Shown here in pieces: positions 1 to 10,501 of a DNA stretch of 51,501 nucleotides. The stretch's first letter is position 1, and every line of letters starts with the position of its first letter. The position numbers were made by a program, and so were the translations under genes. The DNA comes from an uncultured Rhizobium sp. (GTDB taxonomy: Bacteria; Bacteroidota; Bacteroidia; NS11-12g; UBA955): positions 1 through 51,501 of the forward strand of contig CAZYBT010000008.1 of assembly GCA_964645755.1 (NCBI GenBank), read 5' to 3'. The notes below the pieces were generated by a model. That model was not told the DNA's origin, searched no databases, and worked only from the letters and a program-made list of their open reading frames with translations.

Positions 1-1184
1 CTTCCCATTCCGCGGTAAGACTTTACTTTACGACCATCGAAAAATGTAGTTTCTCCAGGACTTTCCTCTGTACCCGCGAACAATCCACCGGCCATAATTG
101 TATTGGCACCAGCAACAATTGCTTTAACCATATCGCCACTGTAGCGAATACCACCATCGGCAATTACTGGAACTCCAGTGCCTTTTAAGGCTTCAGCAGC
201 TTCCATCACAGCAGTTAACTGAGGCATTCCAATGCCCGCAATGATTCTTGTAGTACAAATACTACCTGGTCCAACTCCAACTTTTACAGCATCTGCTCCA
301 GCTTCAGCGAGTGCCTTAGCTGCCGCACCTGTAGCAATATTTCCAGCTATAATTTGCAAATCAGGATATGCTTTTTTCACTGCACTCACTTGGTCTAAAA
401 CTCCTTTAGAATGTCCATGAGCCGTATCAATGGCAATAACATCTACCCCTACTTTTACCAAAGCCGCAACCCTTTCCATTGTATCCGGGGTAACCCCTAC
501 GGCCGCACCAACCAACAATCGTCCATGTGCATCTTTCACAGCTTTAGGGTAATTTTTTACTTTTTGTATGTCTTTGAATGTAATCAATCCCTGCAACACA
601 TTATGATCGTCTACAATCGGTAATTTCTCTATTTTATGTTTTTCTAAAATTTCTTGAGCTCCTTTCAAATCGGTTCCATGCGACGCTGTAATTAAATTCT
701 GAGTGGTCATCACTTCGCTCACTTTTTTCGATAAATCCTTCTCAAAGCGTAAGTCGCGGTTCGTGATAATACCTAACAATTTATTGCTTGAATCCACAAC
801 TGGAATTCCTCCAATTCTGTTTTCACGCATGAGTTCAACCGCTTGACCTAATGTTGAATCGGCACTCAAAGTAATCGGATCTAAAATCATTCCACTCTCA
901 GACCTTTTCACTTTTTTTACTTCCTCCGCCTGGCGCTGAATGGTCATATTCTTGTGAATAATTCCAATTCCTCCCTCTCTCGCCATGGCAATCGCCATTT
1001 TACTCTCCGTCACAGTGTCCATAGCAGCAGCAACTATTGGAACATTCAATCTCAATCCTTTTGTAAATTGGGTGCTCGTATCAGCCTCGCGAGGCAATAC
1101 TTGTGAATGGCGTGGCACAACGAGAACATCGTCGAACGTTAAACCTTCTAAAATAATTTTTGGGGAATTGTTTGTTTGAGACAT
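1..1184 (-). CDS. guaB: IMP dehydrogenase (N-terminal ~394 codons; C-terminus lies beyond window position 1)
   Basis: Absent from the ORF track because it runs off the window edge. My minus-strand translation from ATG 1184..1182 reads [38 protein letters not shown]...[27 protein letters not shown]-pair insert follows, then [23 protein letters not shown] (catalytic Cys loop) and [16 protein letters not shown]. The frame is open to position 1. Confidence 0.93.
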   Translation of the reverse strand, partial: MSQTNNSPKIILEGLTFDDVLVVPRHSQVLPREADTSTQFTKGLRLNVPIVAAAMDTVTESKMAIAMAREGGIGIIHKNMTIQRQAEEVKKVKRSESGMILDPITLSADSTLGQAVELMRENRIGGIPVVDSSNKLLGIITNRDLRFEKDLSKKVSEVMTTQNLITASHGTDLKGAQEILEKHKIEKLPIVDDHNVLQGLITFKDIQKVKNYPKAVKDAHGRLLVGAAVGVTPDTMERVAALVKVGVDVIAIDTAHGHSKGVLDQVSAVKKAYPDLQIIAGNIATGAAAKALAEAGADAVKVGVGPGSICTTRIIAGIGMPQLTAVMEAAEALKGTGVPVIADGGIRYSGDMVKAIVAGANTIMAGGLFAGTEESPGETTFFDGRKVKSYRGMG

Positions 1185-1253
1185 AGCAAATAACGATTTA
1201 AAGTGAGGTGGTTATTTGCGGTGCAAAGATAGTAAAAAAATTGGGAAAAAGCA

Positions 1254-1261
1254 TAGATTTG
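1254..1261 (+). promoter_or_regulatory. Candidate Bacteroidota sigma-A -7 box (TAGATTTG) for the OsmC-like gene
   Basis: Exact match to TAnnTTTG, 27 nt upstream of ATG 1289. The -33 TTG partner is not convincingly spaced. Confidence 0.3.
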
Positions 1262-1288
1262 TACCCGAAAAGTTTCAAAACCCACATC

Positions 1289-1699
1289 ATGGCACAATTT
1301 ACAACCCATTACCTTGGCACATTAAGATGCGAAAACATTCATAATCAGAGCAATACAATCATTCACACCGATGCACCAACCGACAATCAAGGACAAGGAC
1401 TTGCATTTTCTCCAACAGATTTGTGTGCGCTCAGTTTAACCACTTGCATCATTACAACCATGGGTATTTATGCGAATATGAAAAATATTGAAATCATTTC
1501 AATTTCAGCAGAAACCAACAAAATCATGGCGAGTGACCCCAGAAGAATTGCTAAAATAGAAGCATCCATCCATATAAAAGTCAGTCAAAATGCGTCTGAA
1601 AGAGACAAAGAAGGACTACAACGAATTGTCAAATCATGTCCTGTTTCGAAGAGCCTACACCCCGACATTGAACAAAATATTGAACTTTTTTGGGATTAA
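1289..1699 (+). CDS. OsmC/Ohr family peroxiredoxin-like protein
   Basis: ORF track 1208..1699, which starts at GTG. I prefer the internal ATG at 1289 (MAQFTTHYLG...). ~136 aa, with FSPTDLCALSLTTCI and KSCPVSKSL, the two conserved Cys regions typical of OsmC-like proteins. Confidence 0.7.
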   Translation: MAQFTTHYLGTLRCENIHNQSNTIIHTDAPTDNQGQGLAFSPTDLCALSLTTCIITTMGIYANMKNIEIISISAETNKIMASDPRRIAKIEASIHIKVSQNASERDKEGLQRIVKSCPVSKSLHPDIEQNIELFWD

Positions 1700-1757
1700 T
1701 CTCACACAAAAAAACCTTGTTTCGTTTCAGTTGTTTTCTTATTCATTTTGATTTACC

Positions 1758-2546
1758 ATGCAAACAAATCCTCAAATCAACCGTCTTCAGCAAGAAATTC
1801 AAGATCTCAGAAATCAAATCATTCACCATCCTCTTTACCAACATATATCAACCGTTGAACACTTAAAAATCTTCATGAAACACCATGTGTTTGCTGTTTG
1901 GGATTTTATGTCGCTCCTCAAGTCCCTCCAAAAAAATCTCACGTGTGTTCAAACTCCTTGGTTTCCCGTTGGCGATTCCAACACCCGATTTCTAATCAAT
2001 GAAATTGTAGTTGGCGAGGAGTCAGATGTTGATGAAAATGGTGTAAGAATGAGTCATTTTGAACTTTATTTGCAGGCCATGAATCAAATTGGTGCTGATA
2101 CTACACAAATTCATGCATTCATTGAATCGCTCAAACAAGGAACTGAAGTGAAGCAAGCATTGTCGGAACAGAATATTCGTAGTTCAATATCGTCTTTTGT
2201 GAATTTCACATTTGATGTTGTGCACACAGAGAAAGCTCATATCCAAGCAGCAGTATTTACTTTTGGAAGAGAAGATTTAATACCCGGGATGTTCTTAAAC
2301 ATGGTGAAAGACATTTATCAGCGAATTCCCAACAGTATCTCAGGTTTCAAATATTACTTAGAACGACATATTGAAGTCGATGGTGACCATCACAGCCACT
2401 TAGCATTAGAGATGACAAATCAACTTTGTGGTTCTGATGAACAAAAGTGGGATGACGCCCTCATCTACACCAAACAATCACTCCAACAACGAATTCAACT
2501 TTGGAATGGTGTTTTGGCCGAAATCAATGAGACTGCAACCGCCTAA
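1758..2546 (+). CDS. DUF3050 family protein (heme-oxygenase-like fold)
   Basis: 262 aa. N-terminal HPLYQHI...LKIFMKHHVFAVWDFMSLLKSLQ and C-terminal YLERHIEVDGDHH match my recollection of DUF3050. Confidence 0.6.
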   Translation: MQTNPQINRLQQEIQDLRNQIIHHPLYQHISTVEHLKIFMKHHVFAVWDFMSLLKSLQKNLTCVQTPWFPVGDSNTRFLINEIVVGEESDVDENGVRMSHFELYLQAMNQIGADTTQIHAFIESLKQGTEVKQALSEQNIRSSISSFVNFTFDVVHTEKAHIQAAVFTFGREDLIPGMFLNMVKDIYQRIPNSISGFKYYLERHIEVDGDHHSHLALEMTNQLCGSDEQKWDDALIYTKQSLQQRIQLWNGVLAEINETATA

Positions 2547-4009
2547 CGCAATACTAAAGTTTGAATACCATGAGATGGTATCTCAATCATTGCACGCTGA
2601 CCTCCTACAAATAGATTGTATTTCACTGATTTGTTATTCGCGTTCAAAACAACCACTACCAATGTCTTATCGACATTGATAAAAGACGTTGTGAGAATAT
2701 TCTTACGACTCACAGAACATTCGATTCTTTGAGCGTTTTCCCTGATGTATCGCGAAAAATGACCGATATAATCATAGGCGTTTGTTACATATATTTCTGC
2801 TTTCCCTTTGCCAATTTCATTGGGCGTTTTCACGTGTATGGGGGCAAAACAAAAATTTCCTACGTGATTGGGTCCCCCCTCATCATTTAAAAAAAGATTC
2901 CAATCGGTCCATCCTACAACTCCTTGATTGAAATCTTCGATCATATTGGTGGCATATTTTTCGCCGAGCAGCCAATTCTTGAGCTCACTTTTGTTAAATT
3001 TCTCTTTGCATCCCTCGGTGAACAATAATTTTTTCGAAGGATCTAAAGCCCAAGCTTTCGACAAATTTTCATGCAAAGCCGGAGCTCCTGTCCACGTTTC
3101 GTACCAATGATATCCTACACCCCAGACATATTGAGACGCCTTTGGATCGGATAAAATTGTGTTTACTCTGTGGTATATTAAATCTCGGTTATGATCCCAA
3201 ATGATAATTTTCTTAGATCCCAAACCCGACTTTTTCAACGTTGGACCTAAGTGATTCTTTAAAAAATCGCGTTCTTGTTCGGCTGTATAAATACATGATT
3301 CCCAAATCTGGGTTGCCATTGGTTCATTTTGTATGGTCAATCCCCAAACTGGAATCTCATTTTTCTCCAATTCTTTGATATATTTTACAAAATAATTTGC
3401 CCAAGGTTGATAGTAATTATATTTCAAACTGCCCCCGTGAAGCATGGATGCGTTGGTTTTCATAAAAGCCGGTGGACTCCAAGGAGAGATGTAAAGTTTT
3501 GTCTGTTTTCCACTCAATTTTAGCGCGTCTTTTATCATTGGAAGCTTGTATTTTTGATCGTGCGCTATGGAAAAAAAGGTCAAATTCGAATCATTTTCAG
3601 GCACATAGGTATAGCTCTCGCTGGAAAAATCGCAGCTGTTCATATTGGTTCGTATCAATTGATATCCCAATCCATCTTTTTTATCAAAGAACAATTTTAA
3701 TAAAATTTCTTTATCTGAGGGACAAAGTTTTGCATAGGTTTCAGCCACTGCATCAGTAATAGCAGCACCAATTCCAATGAAGGTTTGATGCTTTTTTTGA
3801 GGATTCAAAAAAATCGAAATTTCTGATTCCAAAGGTTGGGAAGCCATTTGAAAACCAATGGTATCTAATTGCTTTCCAATCCATTTATTCGAATCAATTA
3901 TTGCAAATGTTGAATGTATCTCGACCCTAGAATACGTTTGTGCAAGAGCATGTTGTTGTAAGAAAATTCCAAGGGATGCCAAAAGAAATTTAATTGGATT
4001 TTGAATCAT
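2543..4009 (-). CDS. Glycoside hydrolase family 30 (glucosylceramidase-like), secreted
   Basis: 488 aa with a signal peptide (LLASLGIFLQQHALAQ). GH30-like blocks GIGAAITDA, ISPWSPPAFMK, WGLTIQNEP (acid/base Glu region) and LLFTEGC (nucleophile Glu region). Confidence 0.8.
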   Translation of the reverse strand: MIQNPIKFLLASLGIFLQQHALAQTYSRVEIHSTFAIIDSNKWIGKQLDTIGFQMASQPLESEISIFLNPQKKHQTFIGIGAAITDAVAETYAKLCPSDKEILLKLFFDKKDGLGYQLIRTNMNSCDFSSESYTYVPENDSNLTFFSIAHDQKYKLPMIKDALKLSGKQTKLYISPWSPPAFMKTNASMLHGGSLKYNYYQPWANYFVKYIKELEKNEIPVWGLTIQNEPMATQIWESCIYTAEQERDFLKNHLGPTLKKSGLGSKKIIIWDHNRDLIYHRVNTILSDPKASQYVWGVGYHWYETWTGAPALHENLSKAWALDPSKKLLFTEGCKEKFNKSELKNWLLGEKYATNMIEDFNQGVVGWTDWNLFLNDEGGPNHVGNFCFAPIHVKTPNEIGKGKAEIYVTNAYDYIGHFSRYIRENAQRIECSVSRKNILTTSFINVDKTLVVVVLNANNKSVKYNLFVGGQRAMIEIPSHGIQTLVLR

Positions 4010-4103
4010 GTTGTTGTAAAGATAACAAAAAGGTTTTATTCCTTAAAATGAAACCTTTTAAACAGTCGAATGTTCTATTGTTTCGGAGTCTAAATCGAAC
4101 AAG

Positions 4104-5585
4104 ATGGCACATCAACCACCGATCAATATTGTATGGATAAAACGAGATATTCGTACATGGGATCACGCTGCATTTGATGCTGCAGAAAAAGAAAATTTAC
4201 CTTATATCCCGATATTTATTTTCGAGCCATCTGTAATGAACCACGCTGATTGCTCTCTGAGGCATTTGCAGTTTCAATATTTGTCTATCTTAGAATCGAA
4301 TAAAAAACTCAAGTTGTATAACAAAGAAATCCAAATATTTGAAGCTGAAGTTGATGATGTTTTCCAATATCTCAGTCAAGAATTTCAAATCAACCAAGTG
4401 TTTGGATATCAAGAAAGCGGTATCCAAATTACGTATAACCGCGACATTCGAATGTGGAAATGGTTCAAAGAAAAAAACATTCAATGGAATCAATTTCAAC
4501 GAGATGGAATTCAAAGAGGCATACACAATCGAAAAGATTGGGATAAGCAATGGTTCAAAACCATGCATGAACCCATTATTCAAAATCAATTTCAAAAACA
4601 AGGGGCAATAATATTGAATCATCCGTTCGCTTTAACGCCAGAAAAATGTGTTCGCTGGCGAGAGTATAGCTCTGAAATGCAGCCTCCAGGTGAATTTTTT
4701 GCAAATAAATATTTAAATAGTTTTCTCGAAAATCGCGGTTTTTCATATAGCAAACATATATCAAAGCCTCATTTCAGTAGAATGAGTTGCAGTCGATTAT
4801 CACCATACATTGCCTGGGGAAATTTAAGCATTAAAATGGTCTACCAAGCAACTATGCAGAAAATGAAGCTGGTTCAGCCCAAAGGTCCCTTCAAGAATTT
4901 CATATCGCGTTTACATTGGCATTGTCACTTTATACAAAAATTCGAACAAGAATGTAGATATGAAACCACTTGTATCAACCGAGGATATGAAAATACGGAC
5001 TGGAACAAAAACGAAGACTATTTGCAAGCATGGAAAGATGGAAAAACTGGGGTGCCATTGGTAGATGCGCTCATGAGGTGTTTGCAACAAACGGGATGGA
5101 TAAACTTTAGGATGCGCGCGTTGGTTGTTTCATTTTTGACACATAATTTATTCTTAGATTGGAGATCTGGGGTGTATCATTTGGCTCAATTGTTTTTAGA
5201 TTATGAACCTGGTATACACTACCCTCAGTTTCAAATGCAAGCTGGTACTACAGGAATCAATACCATACGGGTTTACAATGCGGTGAAAAATTCTTTGGAA
5301 CATGATCCTGATGCAACCTTCATTAAAAAATGGATTCCAGAACTATCGCACCTTCCTGTTGCTTTTATCCATGAACCTTGGAAAATGACTGATATGGATT
5401 GCATCATGTACCAATTTCAAAGGGGTATCGATTATCCAAACCCAATTGTCAATCCAACAGAAATTAATCCCCGTCACAAAGAAGCGCTATGGGGGGCACG
5501 CAAAAATGAGGCGGTGAGAGAAGAAAGCAAACGTATCATTGCAACACACACACGAAATTCAAAAAAACCGCAGGCCAAAAAATAA
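4104..5585 (+). CDS. Cryptochrome/DNA photolyase family protein
   Basis: 493 aa. N-terminal [19 protein letters not shown] (photolyase alpha/beta domain). C-terminal FAD-binding blocks [26 protein letters not shown] and [20 protein letters not shown]...RVYN...[14 protein letters not shown]. Confidence 0.8.
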   Translation: MAHQPPINIVWIKRDIRTWDHAAFDAAEKENLPYIPIFIFEPSVMNHADCSLRHLQFQYLSILESNKKLKLYNKEIQIFEAEVDDVFQYLSQEFQINQVFGYQESGIQITYNRDIRMWKWFKEKNIQWNQFQRDGIQRGIHNRKDWDKQWFKTMHEPIIQNQFQKQGAIILNHPFALTPEKCVRWREYSSEMQPPGEFFANKYLNSFLENRGFSYSKHISKPHFSRMSCSRLSPYIAWGNLSIKMVYQATMQKMKLVQPKGPFKNFISRLHWHCHFIQKFEQECRYETTCINRGYENTDWNKNEDYLQAWKDGKTGVPLVDALMRCLQQTGWINFRMRALVVSFLTHNLFLDWRSGVYHLAQLFLDYEPGIHYPQFQMQAGTTGINTIRVYNAVKNSLEHDPDATFIKKWIPELSHLPVAFIHEPWKMTDMDCIMYQFQRGIDYPNPIVNPTEINPRHKEALWGARKNEAVREESKRIIATHTRNSKKPQAKK

Positions 5586-5623
5586 TTTTAGTACTATGCA
5601 ATACAAAGTACTGTTTTTAGCCA

Positions 5624-5631
5624 TATATTTG
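5624..5631 (+). promoter_or_regulatory. Candidate -7 box (TATATTTG) for the PadR-PspC operon
   Basis: TAnnTTTG match ending 5 nt before ATG 5636. Preceded by two AGTACT palindromes (5590-5595, 5607-5612), which could be an operator or a weak terminator stem for the photolyase gene. Confidence 0.3.
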
Positions 5632-5635
5632 CATC

Positions 5636-5971
5636 ATGGATTTAGAAAATACTCAATCACAGATGCGAAAAGGGATATTGGAGTTTTGTATTTTACAAAT
5701 CATCTCTACTGAATCAAGATACTCTTCTGACATTCTTTCAGAGCTAAAAGCTGCCAAATTGATTGTGGTGGAAGGGACATTGTATCCGCTACTCACGCGA
5801 TTAAAAAATGCAGAGCTGCTTCAATATAAATGGGAGGAATCTAAATCTGGACCACCAAGAAAATACTTTGAACTTACAGAAAAAGGGAAATCCTTTTTAA
5901 ATGAACTCAACAAAACCTGGACAGATCTAGATTTTGCCGTTAGAACAATACTCACAAATCACCCCAAATAA
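5636..5971 (+). CDS. PadR family transcriptional regulator
   Basis: 111 aa. Winged-helix PadR signature: GILEFCIL...YSSDIL...VEGTLYPLLTRLKNAELLQYKWEES..GPPRKYFELTEKG. Confidence 0.85.
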   Translation: MDLENTQSQMRKGILEFCILQIISTESRYSSDILSELKAAKLIVVEGTLYPLLTRLKNAELLQYKWEESKSGPPRKYFELTEKGKSFLNELNKTWTDLDFAVRTILTNHPK

Positions 5972-5982
5972 ATCATTCAACC

Positions 5983-7455
5983 ATGAACAAAATAATCACC
6001 GCCAACATCAATGGTTTTATTTTCCCAATCGATGAACTTGCATACGAAAAACTCAAATCGTATTTGCTCGAATTACATAAAAAAATCAAAGATCCAGAAA
6101 CCATTACCGATATTGAAAATCGCATCGCAGAATTATTTAGCATCCAGATTCAGGAAGGAAAAGTTGCTATTTTAGACGATGATTTGAATGCTGTAATTGC
6201 ACAAATAGGAGAAATTAGCGACATTGAAGAACCTGAAAACGACCATCATACAGAATCCAAATCCAAATCCAATTTCACCTCCATCCCCTCAAAATCCTTT
6301 TTTAGAGATAGAGAAAACAAACAACTATTTGGTGTTTGTAGCGGACTTTCAGCTTATTTCAATTTAGATGTGCGACTGATTCGTATCATTTTCATACTAC
6401 TTATCTGGTTTGGAGTTGGGATTCTCCTGTATTTTGTCATCACGTTGTTCACTCCATATGCAAACTCTGAAACTGAAAAAGCGCAAATGCATGGAGAACC
6501 AATCGATTATCAATCAATCAACAATACAATAAAGAACAATGCAAAAGACACTTTTAACACCTTTAAAAATGAAGTAAAAAACCAACATAACTCAAAGACA
6601 GTCAAACTTTTGGCGACTTTTTTCTTGGTGGCATTGTTGTCTGTAATCATTCCAAGTATTTTTGGTTTGATATTTTCTGCAGGTGTCATTTCTTTGGTAT
6701 TAGAATCTTTCCAAAGGTTTATTCTTGTTGACATTCAAAGCATTGTGCTGCCATTGATGGCAACAAGTTTCATCGTGGTTATTCCAGTTATTCTCATCGT
6801 TTATCGTTTGATTCGTATTGTTTTTGAGGGACAAAAAATGCCAAAAGCCATCAAAATTGTGATCAATTCGATATGGATCCTATCCATTCTTTATATGTTC
6901 TATTTTGCCGTAACCCTTGGTCGAAATTTCAACTCAAGTTATTCTATTACTCGAACTGAAAACATCAAGTCACCTGCAAAAGATTCCATATTAAACATCA
7001 AATCCTCTGAATTTTCAATCGTTAAGAACAACCAAGAATTTGTGGTTGAAGATCCAGATTTGATGGACTTTATGAACAACAAGTTCAGCGAAAATGTGTC
7101 CCTCAAAATTTTTAGAACTTCGGAAAAGCTGCCGTATTTAAAAATCAATCAATTCAGCCGTGGATCCAGAAAAAATGCAATTAACAATGCAACAGGAATT
7201 CACTATCCAGTTACTTTTGAAGGAAATCAATTGATTTTGAGCAATTATTTCACGCTTGGTGAGAACATCCCTTGGCGAATTCAAGAAGTTACAGTTTCCT
7301 TATTTGTGCCTGAGGGTTATACCTTAATTATCGACAAAAGTTGCAGCCCCATTATTCATGAGGTAGAAAACCAAGACTTAAGATTAGATAGCGACGAATC
7401 GGAGTCAGTAAAATTGAAATCGACCAGTAACGGTATCATTTATTTGCATCCATAA
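5983..7455 (+). CDS. PspC domain-containing membrane protein
   Basis: 490 aa. PspC motif LFGVCSGLSAYFNLDVRLIRIIFILLIWFGVGILLYFVI plus further TM segments. Starts 12 nt after the PadR gene, a common PadR-PspC pairing. Confidence 0.8.
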   Translation: MNKIITANINGFIFPIDELAYEKLKSYLLELHKKIKDPETITDIENRIAELFSIQIQEGKVAILDDDLNAVIAQIGEISDIEEPENDHHTESKSKSNFTSIPSKSFFRDRENKQLFGVCSGLSAYFNLDVRLIRIIFILLIWFGVGILLYFVITLFTPYANSETEKAQMHGEPIDYQSINNTIKNNAKDTFNTFKNEVKNQHNSKTVKLLATFFLVALLSVIIPSIFGLIFSAGVISLVLESFQRFILVDIQSIVLPLMATSFIVVIPVILIVYRLIRIVFEGQKMPKAIKIVINSIWILSILYMFYFAVTLGRNFNSSYSITRTENIKSPAKDSILNIKSSEFSIVKNNQEFVVEDPDLMDFMNNKFSENVSLKIFRTSEKLPYLKINQFSRGSRKNAINNATGIHYPVTFEGNQLILSNYFTLGENIPWRIQEVTVSLFVPEGYTLIIDKSCSPIIHEVENQDLRLDSDESESVKLKSTSNGIIYLHP

Positions 7456-7533
7456 AAGAATTTCCCCCAAAAAATTCAAAGCATTTTCTATTGGGTTTGT
7501 CGAATATCTTACGTTAAAATTAAAAATACACTG

Positions 7534-7541
7534 TAAATTTG
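7534..7541 (+). promoter_or_regulatory. Candidate -7 box (TAAATTTG) for pirin paralogue 1
   Basis: TAnnTTTG match 15 nt upstream of ATG 7556. Confidence 0.3.
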
Positions 7542-7555
7542 TTTAAACAAATAAA

Positions 7556-8278
7556 ATGAGCAATTTCGTAATACACAATGCAGAAACCCGTGGGCACGCC
7601 AATCACGGTTGGTTAAATAGCTATCATACTTTTAGTTTTGCCAGTTATTACAATCCAGAACGCATCCATTTTGGTGCACTCAGGGTGTTAAACGACGATA
7701 CGGTTGCTGCAGGTATGGGGTTCGGCAAACATCCTCACGATAATATGGAGATTATTTCAATTCCGTTGGAAGGAGATTTGCAGCACCAAGACAGCATGGG
7801 AAACACAGCTATCATTAAAAATGGCGACATCCAAGTGATGAGCGCCGGAACTGGTATCCAACATAGCGAATTCAATGCAAGCCAAACCAATTTGGTCAAG
7901 TTTTTACAAATTTGGGTCTTCCCGAAAAACAGAAACGTAACCCCTCGTTACGACCAAATGACGCTAGATAAAAAAGATCGACACAATAAATTACAACAAA
8001 TCCTCTCTCCCAACCCAGACGATGCCGGAGTTTGGATACATCAAGATGCTTGGTTTCATTTGGGTAAATTTGATCAAGATTTTCAAACGGACTACCTGAT
8101 TAAAAAACCTGGAAATGGTCTGTATGCGTTTGTTTTAAAAGGAAGTTTTTCTATTGATGGAAAAACACTTAACACCCGAGACGGAATGGGAATCTGGGAT
8201 ATATCTCAGGTTACAATAAAATCAGATTCAGAGGCATCAGAAATTCTACTAATGGAAGTTCCAATGCAACTCAATTAA
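7556..8278 (+). CDS. Pirin family protein (YhhW/quercetinase-like, short form)
   Basis: 240 aa. Cupin metal motif GFGKHPHDNMEIISIPLEGDLQHQDSMGN and MSAGTGIQHSEFN. Confidence 0.85.
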   Translation: MSNFVIHNAETRGHANHGWLNSYHTFSFASYYNPERIHFGALRVLNDDTVAAGMGFGKHPHDNMEIISIPLEGDLQHQDSMGNTAIIKNGDIQVMSAGTGIQHSEFNASQTNLVKFLQIWVFPKNRNVTPRYDQMTLDKKDRHNKLQQILSPNPDDAGVWIHQDAWFHLGKFDQDFQTDYLIKKPGNGLYAFVLKGSFSIDGKTLNTRDGMGIWDISQVTIKSDSEASEILLMEVPMQLN

Positions 8279-8280
8279 AA

Positions 8281-8589
8281 TCAAGGATTTTCAGAGAGCG
8301 TGTCTAAATATCCTAAGCTACCACCTTCCAACCATTTTACATTTTTACCAATTTCTTGTAAGTAGGCTTGGGCTCTTCGAGCTCTGCCTCCTCCTCTACC
8401 GCATGTGGTTACAATCAACATTGCTTCAGGAATTTCAGACAATCTTTTTTCTAAATCGTCTACAGGTATGTTCAAGGCATTTGGAATATGTCCTTCCGAA
8501 TATTCATTCGGTTTTCTTACATCCAAAACCATAACATTGTTTATAGCTTGAATTTCTTTCAATTCATTGATTGTTATTTTATTTTCCAT
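8281..8589 (-). CDS. Rhodanese-like domain protein
   Basis: 102 aa. LDVRKPNEYSEGHIPNALNIP and active-site loop TTCGRGGGRARRA. Overlaps the upstream MFS gene by 11 nt, so likely the same operon. Confidence 0.8.
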   Translation of the reverse strand: MENKITINELKEIQAINNVMVLDVRKPNEYSEGHIPNALNIPVDDLEKRLSEIPEAMLIVTTCGRGGGRARRAQAYLQEIGKNVKWLEGGSLGYLDTLSENP

Positions 8590-9838
8590 CTTCTTTAAAT
8601 CTCGTTTGAATCACAAATGCCGACAGCAAAGTTATTGCAGCAATAGCATAAATTGACGCGGCAACTCCAAATTTATCGGCAATTAAACCTGTAATCACGG
8701 CACCAATTGCATATCCTAAATCTCTCCAAAATCGAAAAACGCCCAAAGAATTGGCCCTATCGGCTGGATGGGTATATTGAGCGATTGTAGCCAAAAATGT
8801 AGGGTAAACCAGGGCTGTACCAATTCCTAACAGTGCACTTAAAACCACCCACACGATATAAATCGGATTTAACGACATACAAAACAGCGTTAAACCTTGT
8901 AAAAACATCCCCCAAAATAACAGTAACTTTTTGGAATATAAATCGGCCAATTTTCCTGTAATGAGTTGGCCTATACCCCAAAACGCCGGATAAACTGCTG
9001 CAATGATGCCAATTTCTTTAATTTGAAATCCCTGATTTGCCAATACCACAGGTAAAAGTCCCCACACCATACCATCGTTCAAATTATTGACCAACCCGGC
9101 TTGAGAAACAGATCCTAAAATTGGATGCTTCCAAGAAGTGTGGTAAAATACATTCTTAAGTCGAGGAATCATCGATTTTTCGGACTCTTTCTGACTGTGT
9201 AAGGTGGTGTCCTTTACAAATAAAATAGTGGTTAAAAGTCCAACAATTGACAAAGCAATACCGATATAAAAAGGGTAAGGTCTAACCCCATAACGTTGTG
9301 CAATGAATGCCGTAAGCATGGCAACAAAAGCCACTGACAAATAACCAGCAAACTCATTCAAGCCCATTGCAAATCCCCGTTGTTTCTCGCCTACCAGATC
9401 AATTTTCATGACCACCGTGCTTGACCAAGCAAGTCCTTGGTGGATTCCAAGAAGCACATTGGTAAACACAACCCATGTCCAAGAAGTTGCATGAATCATT
9501 AAAAATGGAATTGGCAGGGCCAATATCCATCCCAAAATAAGCACATTTTTTCGACCAATTTTTCCGGCAAGTTTTCCAGAAAAATAGTTCGATACAGCTT
9601 TGGCGACACCAAAAACGGTAATAAAGGATAAAATTGCAGCATTTGCCTGAATATGAAATACATCTGAAGCAAAAAGTGGCATGATGCTGCGCTCCATTCC
9701 CACCATTCCACCAACAAAAGCATTCACAAGAACAAGTAGCATGAATTGGGGTAAATTTTCCTTTAGGCCGAGTTTAATCTGATTTTCTTGCATGGACAAA
9801 TCAATTCCACACAAAGTTCCCACTACGCTCTGGCGCAT
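8579..9838 (-). CDS. MFS transporter
   Basis: 419 aa and hydrophobic throughout (~12 TM). MFS loop 2-3 signature SGKLAGKIGRKNV. Confidence 0.8.
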   Translation of the reverse strand: MRQSVVGTLCGIDLSMQENQIKLGLKENLPQFMLLVLVNAFVGGMVGMERSIMPLFASDVFHIQANAAILSFITVFGVAKAVSNYFSGKLAGKIGRKNVLILGWILALPIPFLMIHATSWTWVVFTNVLLGIHQGLAWSSTVVMKIDLVGEKQRGFAMGLNEFAGYLSVAFVAMLTAFIAQRYGVRPYPFYIGIALSIVGLLTTILFVKDTTLHSQKESEKSMIPRLKNVFYHTSWKHPILGSVSQAGLVNNLNDGMVWGLLPVVLANQGFQIKEIGIIAAVYPAFWGIGQLITGKLADLYSKKLLLFWGMFLQGLTLFCMSLNPIYIVWVVLSALLGIGTALVYPTFLATIAQYTHPADRANSLGVFRFWRDLGYAIGAVITGLIADKFGVAASIYAIAAITLLSAFVIQTRFKEDGK

Positions 9839-9864
9839 TCTTTAACAAATGTTAAATAATGTGT

Positions 9865-10452
9865 TTACTTCTTAGCCCGAATTCTGCTCAAACTCACCTG
9901 TGTAATTCCCAAATAAGATGCGATGTATTTCAGTGGAATTCTCTGAATTGCTTGAGGTTGCTCTAACAACAGCTGCCCATAGCGTTCATCGGCAGTTAAA
10001 AACTGCAAGCTCTCTAAACGATTAATCTGCTGGATATATGCATGCTCTATGAATTTATAAAACACCTTCTCTATATCAGGAAATGTTGCAAAAAGTGCAA
10101 ATAATTTTGGGGTATTGATTTGAAATAACTGAGAATCTTCAATGGCCTCAATGCCTTTGCTCGATGGTTTCATGGTTATCAAACTTTCACCCCTTGCCAC
10201 AAATGAGTTTTCAAACTCAAAGCTCTCTGTTATATCTCGGCCATCCTTGAAATAGAAAATCCTCAAACATCCTGAATCAATAAAATATAAATTCTTACAC
10301 GATTGACCAATATCTTGTACCAATTCACCTTTTTTAAAAGAAACCCTTTGGGTAATTTCTAAAATTGCATCAGTTGAATCATCTTTGAGCGCATATAAAT
10401 GCTTCAATGCCGTAACCAAAGGCTGATATTCAAATTGACTCAACATATTCAT
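9865..10452 (-). CDS. Crp/Fnr family transcriptional regulator (cNMP-binding domain + C-terminal HTH)
   Basis: ORF track 9865..10602. I prefer ATG 10452 (MNMLSQFEY...) because the longer form overlaps the divergent CLC gene. cNMP-binding beta-barrel: GELVQDIGQSCKNLYFIDSGCLRIFYF. HTH: IASYLGITQVSLSRIRAK. Confidence 0.75.
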   Translation of the reverse strand: MNMLSQFEYQPLVTALKHLYALKDDSTDAILEITQRVSFKKGELVQDIGQSCKNLYFIDSGCLRIFYFKDGRDITESFEFENSFVARGESLITMKPSSKGIEAIEDSQLFQINTPKLFALFATFPDIEKVFYKFIEHAYIQQINRLESLQFLTADERYGQLLLEQPQAIQRIPLKYIASYLGITQVSLSRIRAKK

Positions 10453-10485
10453 GTTCCTTGAAACACGAATATAAGTCGAAAGTCG

Positions 10486-10493
10486 TAGATTTG
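10486..10493 (+). promoter_or_regulatory. Candidate -7 box (TAGATTTG) for the CLC gene
   Basis: TAnnTTTG match ending 8 nt before ATG 10502. This implies a very short leader. Confidence 0.35.
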
Positions 10494-10501
10494 TTGAAGG
10501 A

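Noticed and set aside
232-1179. Three plus-strand ORFs from the track (232..420, 411..623, 985..1179)
   Set aside because: All lie antisense to a clear, continuous IMP dehydrogenase reading frame on the minus strand. Their sequences are low-complexity with no recognisable motifs.
10453-10501. Looked for a fluoride (crcB-motif) riboswitch upstream of the CLC-F-like gene
   Set aside because: Only 49 nt separate the divergent genes, and a -7 box ends 8 nt before the ATG. I saw none of the conserved fluoride-aptamer segments.
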